64,000 nt of DNA. It comes from an uncultured Spirochaetota bacterium (lineage in GTDB: Bacteria > Spirochaetota > UBA4802 > UBA5550). This document shows positions 60,055 through 64,000 of the stretch, in pieces. The notes under the pieces were generated by a model. The model made no database searches, was not told the DNA's origin, and worked only from the letters and a program-made list of their open reading frames with translations. The stretch spans positions 544,001 to 608,000 of the forward strand of contig CAWHAA010000004.1 of NCBI GenBank assembly GCA_963827275.1, written 5' to 3'. The position numbers and the translations under genes are program-made. Numbering within the stretch: position 1 is the first letter of the stretch; each line of letters begins with the position of its first letter.

Positions 60055-60757
60055 TCACGGATTTTTCCCGCATCTCCCGCGCCGTTTCCGCGTCTGATTT
60101 CCTCGCGTAATTCGGAACGACGCTGTTGTAATCGCCGTATCGCCCGGGGTCTTTCCGGTACGCTTCGACCGCCAGCTCGCAGATGGCGTTACCGTCCGGA
60201 GTGAAGCCGCTGATCATGTTCCGCCGCACGAGCGCTGACAGCGCCTGCGCGTATTTTTCCACGCCGTTCCCCGCGCAGTGTATTGCCCGTGAACCATCCG
60301 CACCGTCTATGAGGTGACCGATGTCGTAGTCGCCGGGCGCTATGATCTCGAGCGGCGCCGGGGGCGTGCCGCCTTTCCGGTAGAGGGCGCCGAAGACCCG
60401 TCCCTTTTTCGCGTCGAAGGCGACCAGTATGCCGTCGCCCTCTTCGGCCGGGATCGAGACGGCGTAGAGAAGGTGGGTGGGCAGTCCAACCAGGGGCTTC
60501 CCCAGCACCTGCGCCAGCATGCGCGCGGTCGAGACGGCGATCCTGATGCCGGTGAAAGACCCGGGGCCCACCCCGACGCCGATCAGGTCAAGGTCGCCCG
60601 GCGTAAGACCGAGGCGCGCAAGGCACCGGTCGATGGCTGACAGGATGGTCACCGAGTGCGAGGTCTGCGACAGGGCCGATGTCTCGGCCCTGCCGTTTCC
60701 CGCGCGCGCAGCGATGATCTCGAGCGATGAAGCCGTGTCAATCACCAGGACGTTCAA
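60055..60757 (-). CDS. tsaB: tRNA threonylcarbamoyladenosine biosynthesis protein TsaB
   Basis: LVIDTA, HS..IL, GVGPGSFTGIRI, DAKKGRVF, PNYARKSDAE. As given the ORF runs on to 59867; the end here assumes a +1 error in the A5 run. Confidence 0.88.
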
Positions 60758-61163
60758 TGGTTATCCTCCTGCTGGTGTCGCCGGTGCGCTCGATCATGAT
60801 CACCGTGCGGTCGCGGGGGAGCCTGCCGGAGGCCCTGTCCGCCCATTCGATCACCGAAACGCCCTCGCCCTCCCAGTATTCCTCGAAAAAGAGGCTGTCC
60901 AGTTCCTCGCTCCGTTCGATGCGGTAAAGGTCAAAGTGGTACAGGGGCGGGTCCCCCTCGTATATCTCCAGGAGGGTGAACGTGGGGCTGGTTATCTCCT
61001 CATCAATGCCCATTCCTTTCGCGATCCCTTTCGCCATGATTGTCTTTCCCGCGCCCAGGCCTCCCGTAACGGCGAAGACCGCCCCGGGACGGGCGCTCCT
61101 CCCGAGGCGTTCGGCGAATGCCCGCGTCTCCTCTTCCGAGTGTGAGATGAATTGATCGGTCAT
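60738..61163 (-). CDS. tsaE: tRNA threonylcarbamoyladenosine biosynthesis ATPase TsaE
   Basis: GGLGAGKT, ITSPTFTL, YHFDLYRI, IEWA. Confidence 0.95.
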   Translation of the reverse strand: MTDQFISHSEEETRAFAERLGRSARPGAVFAVTGGLGAGKTIMAKGIAKGMGIDEEITSPTFTLLEIYEGDPPLYHFDLYRIERSEELDSLFFEEYWEGEGVSVIEWADRASGRLPRDRTVIMIERTGDTSRRITIERPGD

Positions 61164-61318
61164 GACGGTGCATTCTGTACGCCCGCGGCCGGCGAAGGCA
61201 AGCAAAAAGCGGGTTTGGCCCGAAACCGGCCTAAATAAAAAATTGATTGTAAATTTTTATTGATTATTTTATCATATATTTCAAAATTATGCCTCTTATA
61301 TATACAGGGGGAAGTGAT

Positions 61319-61933
61319 ATGGTTGCTGTCCCAAAAGAAGAAAAAGCAAAAAAGAAAAGAAAGATCATCATCGAGGCACTGAAGAGGCTCCTCGACAAGG
61401 ATGTCTATTCCCGCATAACGGTACAGGAGATAGCAGACGAGGCCGGCTTTTCCAAGGGAGGCGTGCTCCATTATTTTCCCACAAAAGAAGACATCTACCT
61501 CGAGCTGATAGAGGAAATCTTCACGGAATTCGTGCAGGCGCACAGTTCCATACTGGAATGGGAGCTGGCGACCGATGAGGTCGCGCCGATCTCGGCGCTG
61601 GTGGGCGCGGAAAATTTCATTATCGACAAGCGGAACATAAAGATCATCATCAATATCATCCTCTATGCCTTTGAAGACGAGAAGATAATGAAGATCATCA
61701 GCAAGTATATACGGTTGCACCGGAATTTCTACGATAACATCATTCATGATCTGGCAAAAGGGCCCGGGACCCGGGGGAGGAGAAAATCGGACATGTCGTC
61801 GAAATACCTTTCCCGGATCACGCAGACCATCGTCCTTTTTGTCGGCCTGCTCGAATCTATCGATCCGTCGGACCAGGGCGAGATGGATTATCTCGAAATC
61901 GTCAAATTTGTCACGTCGCTGCTCAGGGGATAG
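61319..61933 (+). CDS. TetR/AcrR-family transcriptional regulator
   Basis: ITVQEIADEAGFSKGGVLHYFPTKEDI. Confidence 0.92.
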   Translation: MVAVPKEEKAKKKRKIIIEALKRLLDKDVYSRITVQEIADEAGFSKGGVLHYFPTKEDIYLELIEEIFTEFVQAHSSILEWELATDEVAPISALVGAENFIIDKRNIKIIINIILYAFEDEKIMKIISKYIRLHRNFYDNIIHDLAKGPGTRGRRKSDMSSKYLSRITQTIVLFVGLLESIDPSDQGEMDYLEIVKFVTSLLRG

Positions 61934-62025
61934 GCACAAGGCCGCGCGGTCTTTTTTCATGTCCGCGCCGCGATGTTTCCGCCTGAACTGGCGGCGGCGC
62001 CGCAGCGGCCGGAACGGCTGAAGCC

Positions 62026-62934
62026 ATGGTAGACAGGGATCAACTCTACAAGAACCTCAACGAAGGAATACTGGCGGAGCGGCTGAGGACATTCAGGCGG
62101 AACCTCGGGAAAAATCTGGCGTCGATACAGCGCTACGGCGGGCTCAAGAGGATCGTGCCGGACCTGGACGGCCGCATGGCCGTGGTCATCGGCGCGGGGC
62201 CGTCGCTTGAGAGCAATTACGATGCGCTGAGAAAGCTGCAGTACCGTGACGAACTCGTCTATATCGCCGCGGACATGGCCCTCGGGCCGCTCATGAAGCA
62301 CGGCATCCGGCCGCGCTTTGTCATTTCGTGCGAAACCAGCCCCGTCGATTTTTTCGGGGACATCGATACCGCGCGAATGCACCTGATCGCTTTCAGCTGC
62401 ATGTCGCATGCCAATCTTCTGAGATGGCGCGGCGATATCAGTTTTTACAACTGGCTGATTCATGACGCGCCCTACGGAGACCTCTGGGAAACGGCGGGGA
62501 CCGGCCTGGGGTTCGTTGCCACGGGGAGCCTCGTCACCACCCAGGCGGTTGCGTTCGCTCTCGGGTGCGGCATCAGCGGCCTCGTGCTGGCGGGCAACGA
62601 CCTCGGCTATTCCGACCGCTTCTATGCGCGGGGGTCGGTCGCGGGACGCGCCGCGACGGCGTCCTCGTGCCGGCTTGCGACCCCGGAGACGAAGGAGCGG
62701 GAGCGCTCGCGCCGCGCCAGGGAGTACGTGATCAGGCGGGGTGGGCGGGACTTTTACACCACCAGCCAGTTCCTGGCGGCGAAATTGTGGCTCGAGGAGC
62801 TCTTCCGGGGGGGGCGGGCGCCGGTATACGATTGCAGCGTGCCGGGCTGCTCTGAAAAATATGTGACAAAGATCCAATTGCGCGAATTTTTCGATGCTCT
62901 TGACGGGAGAAAAAAGAGGAAGAGGAGAAAATGA
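62026..62934 (+). CDS. DUF115 / MptE-like / Maf-like domain protein
   Basis: AVVIGAGPSL, IAADMAL..L..GIRP, TGSLVTT, LAGNDLGY. Confidence 0.8.
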   Translation: MVDRDQLYKNLNEGILAERLRTFRRNLGKNLASIQRYGGLKRIVPDLDGRMAVVIGAGPSLESNYDALRKLQYRDELVYIAADMALGPLMKHGIRPRFVISCETSPVDFFGDIDTARMHLIAFSCMSHANLLRWRGDISFYNWLIHDAPYGDLWETAGTGLGFVATGSLVTTQAVAFALGCGISGLVLAGNDLGYSDRFYARGSVAGRAATASSCRLATPETKERERSRRAREYVIRRGGRDFYTTSQFLAAKLWLEELFRGGRAPVYDCSVPGCSEKYVTKIQLREFFDALDGRKKRKRRK

Positions 62935-63134
62935 TGATAACACTGCACAGGCTCAATGGCAAGGAGTTCACGCTTAACGACCATCACATTGAAACCATAG
63001 AAGCGACACCCGACAGCGTCATCACCCTGACGAACGAAAAAAAATATGTTGTTGCGGAATCGGTTAAGGAGATCATCGACAGGATCGCCGAATACCAGAA
63101 GGAGTTGAAAAAAAAAGCCGGAGATGAAGAGTAG
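62931..63134 (+). CDS. flbD: Flagellar protein FlbD family
   Basis: MITLHRLNG..FTLN..HIETIEATPDSVITLTN..KYVVAES. Confidence 0.9.
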   Translation: MMITLHRLNGKEFTLNDHHIETIEATPDSVITLTNEKKYVVAESVKEIIDRIAEYQKELKKKAGDEE

Positions 63135-63203
63135 GTTTCAATAATAATTAAATCTTGACAGATGGCAGATTTATTTTCCTGATGTAAGGGTAAGGAGACA
63201 ACA

Positions 63204-63560
63204 ATGGTATCGATTTCATGCGAGAACCTGGGCGCCATTACCGTTATGACCATCGACGGTGAATTCTATATAGAAAGCATTGATCAGGCGGAAAAGATAT
63301 GGAATGAGCAGTTGTCGCGGCGCCCCAGGGTGATTGCTATTAATTGCAAGAATATCAAGTATATCGATTCTTCAGCGGTCGGGATACTGGTGAAATTCCT
63401 TAACAGCGCCATGAAAGTCAAGACGGAGCTGATTTTTTTCGATCTGAGCGAAATCATATTCAATGTGTTTAAGACCGCAAAATTGAGCAATTTTTTCAAA
63501 ATAATGTCCCGGACACAATTCGAGATGGAATATCTTGAAAAAACCAGGAAGAACGGCTGA
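63204..63560 (+). CDS. STAS domain anti-sigma factor antagonist
   Basis: IKYIDSSAVGILV, VFKTAKL..FF. Confidence 0.85.
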   Translation: MVSISCENLGAITVMTIDGEFYIESIDQAEKIWNEQLSRRPRVIAINCKNIKYIDSSAVGILVKFLNSAMKVKTELIFFDLSEIIFNVFKTAKLSNFFKIMSRTQFEMEYLEKTRKNG

Positions 63561-63826
63561 TAATTAGAGGCTTTTATCATTTCCGGGCTTGTTTTTAATC
63601 TCTTTTTTTCTTCAATTTTATCTCCGGTTAATCCGGGTGTACCGCCTGTTTCCAGGTTATTCCTCCTGCCGCAAAAAATAATTTCTTGCCGCATCTGTTT
63701 TTGCCGAAAATAAAATAGGTACCTTTGTCGCTCATTGAAATAAATGCACAGAATGTTGCGGAAAAGGGATGCAAATTTAAGTGCAATTTTTTGTATATTA
63801 CATTTTTCTAAAAATGAATAAATTAA

Positions 63827-63860
63827 TTGACATAAATAGTCAGATGTGGTAATTATGTCA
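63827..63860 (+). promoter_or_regulatory. Possible promoter with overlapping inverted repeat for a gene beyond the window
   Basis: TTGACA at 63827; TGACATAA-N17-TTATGTCA. Confidence 0.35.
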
Positions 63861-64000
63861 CATATTTCTACATTAATTTAATTATATTTTTATTTTTGCG
63901 GTGTTTATAATTAAATTAATAACAATCTGATGCCCTTGATTCGTGGTATGGAAATTTTAAAAGAAAATTTTTTTACTGCAGAGCCTACTATTGATATAAA

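Noticed and set aside
63561..64000. Replication origin in the AT-rich window end
   Set aside because: No DnaA-box cluster seen; more likely a promoter region for a gene beyond the window.

Overview
A GC-rich bacterial chromosomal segment, probably from a Leptospira-related Spirochaetota lineage (inferred from a DUF1577-like PilZ gene, flbD, a lipase foldase and membrane-anchored AraC regulators). It holds about 53 CDSs and 3 tRNAs (Leu-GAG, Ser-CGA, Ser-GGA). Housekeeping genes include mutS2, lon, a purF homologue, ndk, adk, dnaX-ybaB-recR, der and tsaE/tsaB. The left half carries envelope and signalling genes: two MBOAT modules, a papain-like protease next to a chagasin-type inhibitor, an MCP, HD-GYP/PilZ and a Gld-type ABC system. 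The stretch from about 30 to 52 kb looks accessory and has the three strongest signals. (i) A Fic gene plus a Type IIG restriction-modification gene sit between two copies of a 122-bp direct repeat that duplicates the 3' end of purF, with no integrase. (ii) The R-M gene has an AT-rich, apparently swapped specificity region. (iii) A two-part intergenic motif (ACCGATAACTATC ... TT[A/G]CTCTGACCCC) recurs in four clusters that divide the 15 kb between purF and tRNA-Leu into cassette-like gene blocks. Four apparent +1 frameshifts (ABC ATPase, lon, purF, tsaB) most likely reflect assembly errors. All calls come from reading motifs by eye; no database searches were run.
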